From assembly GCA_965153285.1 (NCBI GenBank), contig OZ229111.1: DNA of 64,000 bases. One strand, 5' to 3'. A model generated the notes under the pieces. That model had not been told where the DNA came from. It saw only the letters and a list, made by a program, of their open reading frames with translations, and made no database searches. Below are positions 1 to 12,225 of this stretch, piece by piece (position 1 is the first letter of the stretch; every line of letters starts with the position of its first letter). Made by a program: the position numbers and the translations under genes. Source of the stretch: Podarcis tiliguerta. Lineage: Eukaryota.

Positions 1-1899
1 TCAGAAGCAAGCTCCACTGCCTTTAATGCGACTTACAAATAATTGTATAGGGGATTGCAGTCATAGAGAAAGAGAAAGCCTTAGGGAAAGTACCCAAAAG
101 CAAATTCCATTTCAAACACACAATTGCTGTGCTTCATCAAACTCAGCCTGCACCAGCAAAGCACAGTAGAGGTTTGTATACAAGCATTTGAGACATATTA
201 AGACTGATGCTACATGTGTATTTATTTAAATGCAAATTGATTCCTTAAAATGTGTTTGTCGAAGATTAACACCTACCCTACGTGATACAAACACAGTACT
301 AATTATAACCGCTTAGAGCCGCTCTTTATAATTTTCGTGTGATCAATTTGCTTTGCAGTAATGTTCTCTGGTTGCGAAGGCATTGTGGAGTTTTGAAGTT
401 TACGAACATCCATCTCACATAGCAAGCCAATACAGAGAGCTGATTCCGCTTCTTGCCACTAAATATGCAAAGACAATTGTTTTTATACTGAAGATGTATT
501 TTATAGGAAGAGTTTGTATGTCCTTGATTCAGATGTAAACCCGGGCAACTAATCATGCACAGTACTTGGTGGTCCAAGATGTAGACATAAGTTGTCTGGA
601 TGAAAAGACACATAAAACCTATTCACCACAGCTCAGATGAGCATCAGATGTAATGCAGATGGGAAATATATATCCATAGATAGATGCTGAAAATGTGCAT
701 AGATTACTTTTTCTAAACAGGTAAGTACGTAAGTGTAAGATATTTGTCTTTCACAGTAGAATGCTCTTCAAAACGTAACCATACTAGGTACATTAATTAC
801 TAAATCAAACATTGAATTCTGAGGCATGAACCTGACTGGCAGAGCAATGGAAAACCCCAAACTAATTGTGCGAGTGTCCCTCTGCCCAGCTCCACCGGAC
901 TCTGCTGGTGGGCAGTCTTCACCAGTTAGGAGCACCCCAACACACCCACCCCAAATGACCAGCAAGTGGAACCAGCAAGTATCACCATTGCTCTGTGTCC
1001 AAGAAGTCCCTGACCTGTAGATATTATATAATATTAGGTGCACTGTTTGATTGGTTGCCATGTCCACTCATTGCCAAATCTGGGTTTGCTCCGTATGTGT
1101 GAAACAGCTCTTACTAAAGGTTCTAAGGCACTGGAGAAAAACAAGTGCACCCTGATTTTTTTATTCTGAAAGTGACTCACCCTTTTGGACACAACTCTCA
1201 GGACACCACCTTTCATTTTGATTTTAAAAGCTCTCTCAGCACCCCAAGCTGTCAGTCCATATGACTAGGTTTTCTAAGTATGCTCCAAAAACAAGCCAGC
1301 ACTTCAGGACACTGACAGACAGCTGCGGTGTTTACTTTGCATTCTGGCAGGACTCCAACACTGGGATGCTCCAACTGTGTGGAATTGTAAATACGCCATA
1401 ATGAACTACTGCAGCCCTTTCTAACTGACAAGTACAATGAAAATGATCATTGATCTAATTTCTCCACAAATGCATGTTGCAATCAGGTACACGAAACTCT
1501 GTGCTTTATCTCCTTCCAGCACTACTTTGGTATTAGACACATCAAACACCCCAAACAACCTAATAACTAATACATACAAGGCCCCATTAGTGAAGCCAGA
1601 AAAGTGCTTGCTCTGGATCTATGAAATCTTTAATTTAGTAAGTTTGGTTTGCCTTCTCAGTGGTCTTTAGATGAAGCGATGAGAGACATCAAAGGCAGGG
1701 GGGAGATAACATACAGAGGGATACATTACTTGTATTACTGAAAACATTAGATAAAACCACGAGGGGTGGCATTCTTGAATGCATGATGAAATAGACGGGT
1801 ACGGTGATTCTTAGGCTCCAATACAAACCATGAGAAAATGCCCTAGGGCGCACAAAGGAATGTTCTTTTGAGTGAACGTGCACCTGCAAGTTGCTAGAG

Positions 1900-2118
1900 C
1901 AGGGGTTGCCAGTGTGGCATCCACAGCCCCACATGTGCCCACAGAGGCCTTCACCCACACCCATAGCCTCTCTGCCACCCCCCGCCAATCTGAACTCAGG
2001 TTTGAAATATATTTCAGGGCATGTTTCATCATACACATTGGATGGAGGAGTGCCCACAACCAACTCTTCCATTTGCAGTTGTGCCCACAGGCTCTCAGAG
2101 TTTGGCGGGCAACCCTTG
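1900..2118. mobile_element. hAT-type non-autonomous DNA transposon (MITE), older copy
   Basis: Terminal inverted repeats CAGGGGTTGCC...GGCAACCCTTG; degenerate 8-bp flanks TGCTAGAG / TGCTGTAG. Confidence 0.6.
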
Positions 2119-2517
2119 TGCTGTAGAATCGTGACAATTAAGTAGGGTGGACCAATGGCATGCAACTGGGATTGGCGGCGGGAAAATGGTTGTGCTGCTC
2201 AGAGCACATTTTCCATTGACGTGTTTTTCATTGGTCTTCCTAATAAAATCATAGAAACAAACAGAGATGAGACAACTCCAGTCCTGTCTCACGTCCTCAC
2301 CTTAGCCCAGCCAAAAGGAGGAAAGAGAAACATAAAAGGCAGTAGGCTACCAGAAGAAAAGCATCCAGATAAAGTAAGAGATAAGAAGAAAAGCTAAGCG
2401 ACAAACCACATGCGGTGCAGGAGATCTCTGATCGGACGTCCCAATGGGATTGTTTTGTTTTATATTAAAGTAGCCATGCGGACTCAGATTTTCAGTGGAA
2501 GAATGGTGTGGGTATAA

Positions 2518-2853
2518 GGTGGTACTGTGGTCTAAACCACAGAATCTAGGGCTTGCTGATCAGAAGGTTGGCAGTTCAAATCCCCGCGACAGGGTGAGTC
2601 CCGTTGCTCAGTCCCTGCTCCTGCCCACCGAGCAGCTCGAAAGCACATCAAAGTGCAAGTAGATAAATAGGTACCACTCCGGCGGAAAGGTAAACGGCAT
2701 TTCTGTGCACTGCTCTGGTTCACCAGAAGCAGCTTTGTCATGCTGGCCAAATGACCCAGAAGCTGTCTGTAGACAAACGCAAGCTCCCTCGGCCTATAGA
2801 GCGAGATGAGCGCCCCAACCCCAGAGTCGTACCTTTACCTTTACCTTTAACCT
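2518..2853 (+). mobile_element. Sauria SINE (Squam1)
   Basis: tRNA-like head (GTGGTCTAAACC...GATCAGAAGGTTGGCAGTTCAAATCCC), body with AAAGTGCAAGTAGATAAATAGGTACC, (ACCTTT)n tail; aligns by eye with the copy at 49072-49423 but lacks about 25 nt before the tail. Confidence 0.9.
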
Positions 2854-3005
2854 TTTCCCCATGCTGTTTGCCCCATCTGAATCACACACATGCACAGAGA
2901 TGGTATCAGCCTAACTGGGGGCTGCCATAAAATACATGTGCCTTTTTTTCTGTTATAGGACTAATTCATTGCTAGGGGTGAATTTAGACTGGGAATACTG
3001 TACAT

Positions 3006-3322
3006 CAGGGGTGTCAAACTCAAATTCATCGGGGGCCGCATCAGCAGTTTGGTCACCCTCAAAGGGCCGGTTGTATCTGTAGGACTATGTAAAGGACATG
3101 TAAAGTGGAGGTTTCCTGTGTAGAACTGCCGGCGCCGCTAGAGGGCAGACGTTCTCTGGCTTGTAGGCTGCCGCGCATGCGCTGAAGAGGCGGCTTTCTT
3201 GTGTAAAAAAAAAAGCGCGAGAATAAAAGGTGAAGGCTGGCGGCCGCCGGCGGCTGCACGGGCCACATGACGAGGTCTGGCTGGCCAGATTCGGCCCGCG
3301 GGCCTTGTGTTTGACACCCGTG
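3006..3322. mobile_element. hAT (Charlie-like) MITE, young
   Basis: TIRs CAGGGGTGTCAAACTCAA / TTGTGTTTGACACCCGTG; perfect 8-bp TSD CTGTACAT at 2998-3005 and 3323-3330; many intact CpGs. Confidence 0.92.
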
Positions 3323-3833
3323 CTGTACATAAAGAAGGATTAGCCCACCTTTTACCCAGCCCTGATGCTACTCTGATCAAAACATGAGTCCTCCACAGCA
3401 ACTGTTTTAAAGGATTGAAAAACTGGAAAAGGTCTGGTCATAATCTCTTGACTCACATGTGGTCTAGCCCTAAATATAGAAGATGAAATAAGAGAAGGAG
3501 AAGGAAGAAGAAGATGGGGTTCGGGGTCAAGGGGAAGTGCAGCAACAGAGCGGTGATTTTGTTATCACAGAAAGACTTATTTTCATGCCGTGATCTAATC
3601 GGTACACATATGGGCTGGTGCACATTGGTAAAGAAGAATAAGCTACACAGATAAGAAAACTATGCTCTGGCAACCTTTAGGCTAGATTGCTGCAAGGCGT
3701 TATATGTGAGGCTGCCCCTGAAGATGGTTTACAATTCAGTTGATGCAGAATTTAGCAGCCAGGTTGCTTGCAAGGGCAAGAGGATTTGAGCATATTGCAA
3801 TACTCCTGGCCTTACTGCACTGGCTGACAATTA

Positions 3834-4092
3834 CCGTATTTTTTGCTCTATAAGACTCACTTTTCCCTTCCTAAAAAGTATGGGGAAATGTGTGTGCGTC
3901 TTATGGAGCGAATGCAGGCTGCGCAGCTATCACAGAAGCCAGAACAGCAAGAGGGATTGCTGCTTTCACTGCGCAGCGATCCCTCTTGCTGTTCTGTCTT
4001 CTGAGATTCAGAATATATTTTTTCTTGCTTTCCTCCTCCAAAAACTAGGTGCGTCTTGTGGTCTGGTGCGCCTTATAGAGCAAAAAATACAG
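3834..4092. mobile_element. Tc1/mariner-superfamily MITE nested in L2
   Basis: TIRs CCGTATTTTTTGCTCTATAAGAC / GCCTTATAGAGCAAAAAATACAG; TA duplication at 3832-3833 and 4093-4094; internal palindrome. Confidence 0.9.
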
Positions 4093-4186
4093 TAGTTTCC
4101 GGGCCTATTTCAAACTGCTAGTTTTGACCCATAAATTCTTAACGGCTCAGGACCACAATACCTCAAGGACCTCCTCTTCCCATATA

Positions 4187-4958
4187 ATAAGAATAATAAA
4201 TAATAAAATTTTATTTATATCCCGCCCTCCCCAGCCGAAGCCAGGCTCAGAGCGACTAACAACAATAAAAGTAACACAGCATTCTAAAATCAATTCATTT
4301 TAAAATCAATTCAAAATCAAATTAATGGCAACCATTGGGCTAGAGTTCTGTGAGGATTACCAAAGGAGGGGGTCAGACTGTGCCCTGGCCAAAGGATGGT
4401 GGAACAGCTCTGTCTTGCAGGCCCTGCGGAAAGATGTCAGGTCCCACAGGGCGCTAGTCTCTTGTGACACAGCGTTCCACCAGATCGGGGCTATAGCCGA
4501 AAAAGCCCTGGCTCTGGTTGAGGCCAGCCTAACCTCCCTGTGGCCCGGGGCCTCCAAGATGTTTTGTTTGAAGACCGTAAGGTCCTCCGTGGGACATACC
4601 AGGAGAGGCGGTCCCGTAGGTACGAGGGTCCTAGGCTGTATAGGGTTTTAAAGGTTAAAACCAGCACCTTAAACCTGATCCTGTACTCCACTGGGAGCCA
4701 GTGCAGCTGTATAGCACCGGGTGAATGTGATCCCACAGCGAGGACCCCGTAAGTAGTCTCACCGCGGCATTCTGCACCCACTGGAGTTTCTGGGTCAGTC
4801 TCAAGGGCAGCCCCACGTAGAGTGAGTTACAATAATCCAGTCTGGAGGTGACCGTCGCGTGGATCACAGTGGCTAGGTCAGGGCGAGAGAGGTAAGGAGC
4901 CAACTGCTTAGCTTGGTGGAGATGAAAAAATGCTGCCTTTGTTATAGCTGCAATCTGC
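4187..4958 (-). mobile_element. Younger L2-clade LINE, 5'-truncated, nested in the older L2
   Basis: Minus-strand ORF fragments ATVIHATVTSRLDYCNSLYVGLP, LHWLPVEYRIRFKVLVLTFK and RAFSAIAPIWWNA; (TTA)n tail at the left end. Confidence 0.9.
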
Positions 4959-6109
4959 GACTGACCTGGAACCCACGATCATCATCTGACGCCCTTATTG
5001 ATATGTCCCCTCCATGAGAGGTCTGGAGGTTGACAGCACATAAATGGGCCTTTTCTGTGGTGGCTCCCCATTTGTGGAATGCTCTCCCCAGGGAGACTCA
5101 CCTGACACCTTCATTCCATCTTCTTCCAGGCCTTCGGCTATTTAAACAATCTGTGGCCTTTAAATTCGCGGTGGGGTGTATTGTTTCATTTGTTATTATG
5201 TTATGGAATTTTGTGTTTTTGTATTGTAAACCGCTCTGTGATCCTCAGCTGAAGGACAGTATAAATAATCAATCAATCAATTAATTAATTATTAGTCTAG
5301 ACATCAAGTTAGGAAGAATAGCAGATCCCTAATGCATTGGAGCTGCTACAGAAACAAGCTGTTCAGGAAGAAGAAGAAGGAATCTTCAAGGAGATATTCA
5401 GAAGGGGGTGATTTGATTTGATTGTAAGCACCACTGCCAAATAAATAAATAATTTCTCGATCTACACACATGCAGAGGTGGTAGTTTGGAAGGCAAAGAA
5501 TCACGAAAATATTTAGAGCCCTCCTCCAGCTGTTTGCAGATAAAATCCGCATGACTTATTCATCTTGCCTCTGGATCGAAACTGGCACAACAGAGATTTT
5601 CTCCATCAGTTACTGTCCACAGGGAATTGGTGTTTGCGCATGCGAGCGCATGACCCAAAAGAAAAGGAGTTCAGCTTGTGCTAGCAAGAGAAGTTGCTTC
5701 ACTAGCAAAACAGCTGAATGGAAATTTTGTTGGTGGCTTCAGGAGAGTTGCTTTCCGCATACCCCCTTTCCCCTCTCCATTTTTTAAATAAAAAAAAAAT
5801 CAAGAACTGGCTCCTTTCCCAAGTCTAATTAACAGCTGTTATTTTTGCCCTCTCCAGCTGCGAAAAACAAAACAGTTAACACACAAGTGCCTCCGACAAC
5901 ACAACTGCAGCCGACCCCATGCTGCCCCAGTACCTTTCCCAATGTTACACAACATTATATTCAGGCAGCAGTTTGAATACTGAAAAAATGTCAATTCATA
6001 CTCCGTCCTTTCTCTTTTTTGCTTGTCAGCTGAGAACCGTAAAAGTGTCTAGCTTGTCTCTATGGTAGAGATGGATAACTGGTGGTCCCCAGGCTTAATT
6101 TGTTTAGTA

Positions 6110-8760
6110 CTCACATTTATTTGTTGCCTATCAACCCGGCCTTCTAGGCAATGTTACAAACAAGCAGTTCAAGCAAAAGTTAATACAAAAATGCAAGCAG
6201 CACAATAAGCTAACATTCTAAAACGTGATATCAATAAACACACATAGAGAGAGAGAGTGACGGCTATCCCACCAGGTTAAAAAAAAATGCTGTGAAGACC
6301 GAAATAACATTGATATCAAAGTTTTAAAAGAGTACATTTGGTCTTTAAAACATATTGCAGATGGTACCAAAAAAAGCTGAATGTTATTAAAAGGCCTGGA
6401 TGAACAAGAAGGCATTTACCAGGTACTGAGAAGGTGTTAATGTAAATGTAAATGTAATGTAATGTAAACCCTCCATTGCCGCCATCCTTTGTACTTCAGA
6501 TGGTGGTACCTCAGGTTACATATGCTTCAGGTTACATATGCTTCAGGTTACATATGCTTCAGGTTACAGACTCCGCTAACCCAGAAATAGTGCTTCAGGT
6601 TAAGAACTTTGCTTCAGGATGAGATCAGAAATCGTGCTCCGGTGGCGCAGCGGCAGCGGGAGGCCCCATTAGCTAAAGTGGTGCTTCAGGTTAAGAACAG
6701 TTTCAGGTTAAGTACGGACCTCCAGAACGAATTAAGAACTTAACCCAAGGTAAGGTACCACTGTACTTGGAAATGGGCTTTAGTGGGTGATCTTAAGGTA
6801 TGGGTAGAAAATAGGAGTTAGGTTTGGAGGACCCATGTTTGTACACTGCCATATAGCAAAAGCAACACTTCAAATTGGCTCCACGTTGTGTACCTCCAAA
6901 ATTCAAAACAAAATGCCTCCCTGAACAGGTTGAACATCATTCATCTGTGTAGAGAAACCACCTCCATCTTGCCTGGAAGGAGCATCAGTTTGTTGGACTT
7001 CAGCCAAACCCTTACCATGGCCAGACAATGATCTAGCTCTCCCACCACCACCACATCTGATTTATGTGGTAGTGATGATGATATATGAAATGGGGAGGGA
7101 GAACTGCATGCCATCTGCATACTGATTAAAAGACTCTCCAAATCCCTGGATGTCCTCACTTCAGAGGTTTCATGTAGATATTTAATATTGTGGGAGATGA
7201 GATGGAGCCCTGAACCATAAACCCCATGACCCATAAATTCCACAGTAGTCAACCTACCTTCTCAAAATGGCCATCCAGGTTTGAGTAGAACAACCACAGA
7301 GCAGTGCCACCCACGTGCAATCCAGAAGGATGCAATGGGCAACAACATCAAAGGTTGCTGAGTGATTGAAGAGAATCAATAGGGTTGTACTCCCTCTGTC
7401 TTTCTCCAGACAAACATGATACAAAGCAGCTTCATCAGTATAAGTAGGCCTAAACTCCAGGAGAAATAGATCCAGAAAATCAGTCTCATCCAAGAGCGAT
7501 TGGACTTGCTTTGACACTATTCATTCAAGAATCTTATACTGGAAGAGGACCTTTGCTACCAACTTATAGCTCTACACTTTAAGATCTTCTGTGTCTAAAT
7601 AAGATTTCGTCAGGAATGGTCACACTGCTGCCCCTTTGAGAATACTGAGACCACTCCCTCCCTTAAGGAGGAATTTACTACCTCTTAGTTCCAGCTCACT
7701 ATAAGACGTAATAAACCATGAGAATCAAGGGGTTGGTTGCACAAATCCAATGAAGCATCTTGTCCACATCCTTGAGTAACACAAACTGAAAGTCTTTCAA
7801 CAAAATAGGACCAGATACTACTCTAGGTGTCTCTCCAAATTGACCTGCCAAAAATTGTGGCACATGCAAGTGATTTTACTCCAAATAATGTCTCACGAAC
7901 ATTTCACAACAACCCACTGAGAGTTCCACTACAACACCACCTCTGGAGCCACAGCTTGAAGCACCCCAATCTATTGGGGAAAGCTCCACTGGATGACGTT
8001 GAGAGGATGTAATGGTGGTGGTGAAGACCCATCACAACCACAGAGTAAATGTGATGGGCTCATATTAATGTTTGGTTGGATTCATAATTAGTTTTCTTCC
8101 ACCTGCGCTGTAGACATCTATCTGTTTGCTTCATTAGCCTCAATTCTGATATGCGCCAAGGAGCTGTCCAGACTTTGCGGGGGGGGGGAGATTACTCAGG
8201 AGTGGTCATGTCAACCCTCTGGGTTATTTATGCATTCCACAGATCAACCAGTGCTGTCCACCCTAGAAGCCAATGGATCCTGATAAATTCCAATGGGCTT
8301 AGAAGATCCTACAGAGCCCTTGCAAATTGCAATTGTGATTCTAAATATCAATATCAAATGATCTGACCACAACAAGGGAAGACTAGCCTCCAATTTCAGA
8401 GCACCTTCCTTCTGTCCAGTATAGAAAACCAAAGCAAATGTGTGTCCTGCTACCTGTGTTGGACCCCTTCTATGTTGAAATAGTTGCCCTGGATTCAATG
8501 GACTTGGTGTAGATACTGAGATCCCCTCAGAAAACCATCCTGAACACCAAGGACTCAGGACTGGCTCTACCATTAGGTAGAATGAAGCAGTCATCTCAGG
8601 CAGTGAGATGCTGGAGGATAGTTCTCTATGTGCCACAGCCAACTTTGCTGCTCTCAGGAACAGTGGAGGATGCTGCCCAGTCACCAATCCAGTCAGCTTC
8701 CATACATAGGATAAGTCGGATGCCACCTTGCCCTTCACCTCAGGCAATAAAGTGTCTTGG
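6110..8760 (-). mobile_element. Heavily decayed L2-clade LINE ORF2 (endonuclease, RT and 3' end)
   Basis: 8244-8747 contains GPTQVAGHTFALVF...WSDH (APE endonuclease C-terminal motifs); 7254-7517 has LLDETDFLD...FRP...DRGS.TLLIL....FDVV (RT N-terminus); 6941-7252 is a degenerate PQG/YADD region. Boundaries are approximate. Confidence 0.75.
6505..6763. mobile_element. pogo/Tigger-like MITE (CAGTGGTACCTC family), copy 1
   Basis: Right end GGTACCACTG followed by TA; body matches copies at 11938, 16487, 47175, 51601 and 63933; four 16-bp subterminal units. Confidence 0.9.
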
Positions 8761-11700
8761 GCTAGTCCTGCAAGGACTTAGTCCAAATTAGGAACGCCAC
8801 TCCTGCTCTCTGACTAACAAAGAAGCTCCTGCTAGCTTCAATGGGAGCTTTTATCCAATGCAAATAGGAGGCATGGTAGTCCAGATTGGAACCAGAGCAA
8901 GGAACCAGTCAGCCCTCTTCCCATGCCAAGGCCTCAGTCCACACCTATTTTTTATTGCAGGTGGGGAATCCTGCACTTAAGATGAAATCACATGAGCACT
9001 TGCAAGAGTAAGCCAGACCATGCAATATTTGCTGGCAAACTATGGCTGTGTATTGTTGGTGTGGTTCAGCTGAAAGATTTCAGAGCCTTTGGAGGAGAAA
9101 GCTCATACTTTTGCTGATCATGCTTGCAAACATGATGCACTGGTTGCAGTATTTGTCACGGCACTCTAGCCTGATCTTTTGGCGACAGAGAAGAGAGAAG
9201 CAAATTTGAAAAGAGAAGCAATCAATTAACAATGAACAAAATTTTGGTGACGTGAATCATGTCACCAGTCATGATTCTTCTGTGCAGGCCACCACTGCCC
9301 AGCTTATTTTAGAGGAAAACTCATGATGTGCAATTGTAAGTCTTGGCCTCCTGCTGGAGATCATGGCTCTTTGGCCAAGCCAAGCCAATCTCTGAACAAG
9401 AGGATTGCAGTGACATGCATTTGTATTCCTGTTAAACCTGCATTGATTATTTCCTGCTGTGAGCGCTGAAGAAACTTAATGAAACACCTTAGGACATCAA
9501 CCCAAATTAACCCCAAAGTTGCTATAGTCACAATGGGAACTTAAACACACGCACACATACACACAAATAAATAAATAAATAGCAAATGGGAGGCTGAGAT
9601 ATTTGATTAAGTACAATGTTTGGTTCTTATCAACAGACACTGCTTCAAGGGGAAATGTTTTATACCCAAATCATAAAACTCCAGCAAATGGCTGGTCTTC
9701 CTTAAGTACCAGAGCATCTGTAGAGTCACAGTCCAGGCAAAAGGTTGGAATCCATGTCAGATCTAGAGTTCTCCTTATTTACAGGCATTTAGGAAGCAGT
9801 TGTTGTTCATTCTCTTCCACCAGAATGGTGGGTTGCAGCACATAATTCATTAAAGAAGTTGAGTTGCTGATCTGCCCAGCCCCACAGGTCTGCGGAGGCA
9901 ACACAAACTTCTGTAGCCTGAAAGTAACTGAGAAAATATCAAGTGGTGATGGTGGGCAGTTTGATTAGGGGCATAAGGAACATTCTCCAGGAAGCAGATG
10001 AAAAGACAATCAGAACTAGTGGAGTTCAGAAGACAGCCCATAGGTGAATATGGACCAAGAGCAAAGCTTTAGGGAAGGATGAAAGACCGGAGGGACATGG
10101 TAAAATCCAGAAAAGAGGTATCAAGATGATCTAGCAGCCAAGTCAGCAGTTCATCATATCTTGCCAAGGCTGGAGATCTGAGGTCATCCAGGAAGTTACA
10201 GGGCAAAGTGCTGTGTTATTGGTACCCAAGTCACCTGATGGAGCAGATGTCTCTCAAGTCTTCTAGAACAGGGAGCTTGTAGCCCTCCAGATGTTGGACA
10301 GCTAGAGTTTCACTGCAGAGCTTAATGTTTAATGTGCTTTGTCTCTTTCTTCTGGAAGTGGGACTAAATGGGAAGCACTTCTTCATCCATTTATTCATCC
10401 AGAGCTCCATGTAAACATCAGAAGGCCGCTGAACTGTGTTGCAAGAGAACACCAGCACTCTGATGCGCCATTGTAGCCTCTGAAATATTTGGAACTGCAA
10501 AGCTGTTGCCCAAATGTATTGACAGAGAACTGGTTGATGAAACTACATCCTACTTCTGCTCTGAAGCTAAAGAATAAGTGTGGGGTGTGGGGAGTAGTAG
10601 AAGCAGCAGGAGATTGCAGAAAGTGGGGGATTTTATGGCACTTAAGTTTTGGCTAAGAGAAGCACTAAAGCCAGAGGAGGAAGAAAGAAACTACCTAAGT
10701 AAGAAAGATTTTATTTATATGCCACTCATTGGTGGTGTGCAAAGGTTAATTCGCCTAATAAAATACAAGGCCATCAATCAAAGCAAAGCAAAGAGAAAGC
10801 CTGTAGCAATTGCCTTTTGCCAAAATAAGCTGCCAGAGGGCACGGCATAGTCTTCTGCTTCCCAATCCTTTACTGGAAGCTTAGGGGAGGCCTGCAGGGA
10901 TACCTTCTCTAACCAGTACATAGGAGCAGCATCTCTGGTTTTCACTTTGATCATATTTAACAAGTGTTGTCCCCTGAAGCATCTACTACCGGTCAATTTC
11001 AGACAATGAAATTCTGTTCAAGAGTGCTAAATGAAGCTATCTTTATTCTACCCAGCCCGTCCGCCCCAGCAAGGACGACGCAAAATTAATGGCTTGTGAT
11101 CATAGCACAAAGATGGCATTATACTTTCATCCAATATCTTCTTGTCCACATTGAGTGCTCATTTCAGGTATGTAACCCAATACTCAAGCAAATTTGCAAG
11201 CCGCATCTCTTTGGCTGACGCATAACGGCTTAAATTGGCTTAAGAAGTACCCATTTCTTCTGTCTAATTTTGAACGGAATGAACGTGGCATGCCATTCCA
11301 ATGATAATGCCATCAGTCTTACTGGTTATGTTTGTGCTATCTTTATCTGTCTCTGGCTCCCATGATATTCCTCTCCAGCTACAGAAACAACAGTCTGCAA
11401 GGCCAGGAAGAACCCAAATAAGTTCAGTAATAATCACGCTGTGTTCTACCACAAAAAGCAATGGCAGCAATTGGAAATTGTCCCCTACCTCCCATTGTAC
11501 ATACTCCAAAATAAGTCAACTTCCCTGTCGTACGACCACTGCGACAATTTTATTTCAAATATTTTGATTGCTGTAATCTGCCATAGAGTACGCCAGCGCT
11601 AATGGCATCTTACGATGCCTAATTCGACGTAACACTGCCCTCTTGTGCTTCTTCTCATTAGAGGCTTTCCCTGCTTAAAGCTGGCTTAAAATCAAAGAGG

Positions 11701-11937
11701 GGTGTGTGTGTGTTTGCATGTGTGCATAATAATAAATATTGGTGGCATTTTCTCATATTTTCCATTCCTGGGCAATTTTGGTAGTTTAGGTTTTTATCTA
11801 TACTTAGAAGCAGCAGTTGAACCTCAATGGGCAACTTGAGAAGAGAAAGGTCTGGAACCCAGTCTAGCTAAAATTAGGTGAAGCAAACAGAACAGTTTAA
11901 GTCATGCTTTCAGTGGGACTTACAGCACAACCAAATA

Positions 11938-12155
11938 CAGTGGTACCTCGGGTTAAGAACGTAATTCGTTCTGGAGGTCCGTTCTTAACCTGAAACTGTT
12001 CTTAACCTGAGGTACCACTTTAGCTAATGGGGCCTCCCGCTGCCGCCACCACACGATTTCTGTTCTCATCCTGAAGCAAAGTTCTTAACCCGAGGTACTA
12101 CTTCTGGGTTAGAGGAGTCTGTAACCTGAAGCGTCTGTAACCTGAGGTTCCACTG
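11938..12155. mobile_element. pogo/Tigger-like MITE, copy 2
   Basis: TA|CAGTGGTACCTCGGGTTA ... TAACCTGAGGTTCCACTG|TA. Confidence 0.92.
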
Positions 12156-12225
12156 TATATGACTACTCAGAAACAAGTGCCATTGAATTCAGTAAGACTT
12201 GATCCCAAGTAATTATGTGTGGGAG

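Larger units (their letters stand above)
3645..5290 (+). mobile_element. Old L2-clade LINE 3' portion split into three pieces (about 3645-3833, 4095-4186, 4960-5290)
   Basis: Pieces translate to consecutive degenerate L2 ORF2 C-terminal motifs (RLDxCxxLYVxLP...LHWL | FRxxFKxLVL...GPQYLKD | AFSVVAPHLWNALP), then an AT-rich 3' UTR and (AATC)n/(AATT)n tail. Confidence 0.8.

Noticed and set aside
768-1067. Overlapping ORFs (99 aa minus, 64 aa plus) as possible host exons
   Set aside because: No recognisable domain and no consistent acceptor/donor pair preserving a frame.
6510-6570. Regular 16-bp repeats resembling a CRISPR or iteron array
   Set aside because: No spacers; they are subterminal repeats of a eukaryotic MITE.
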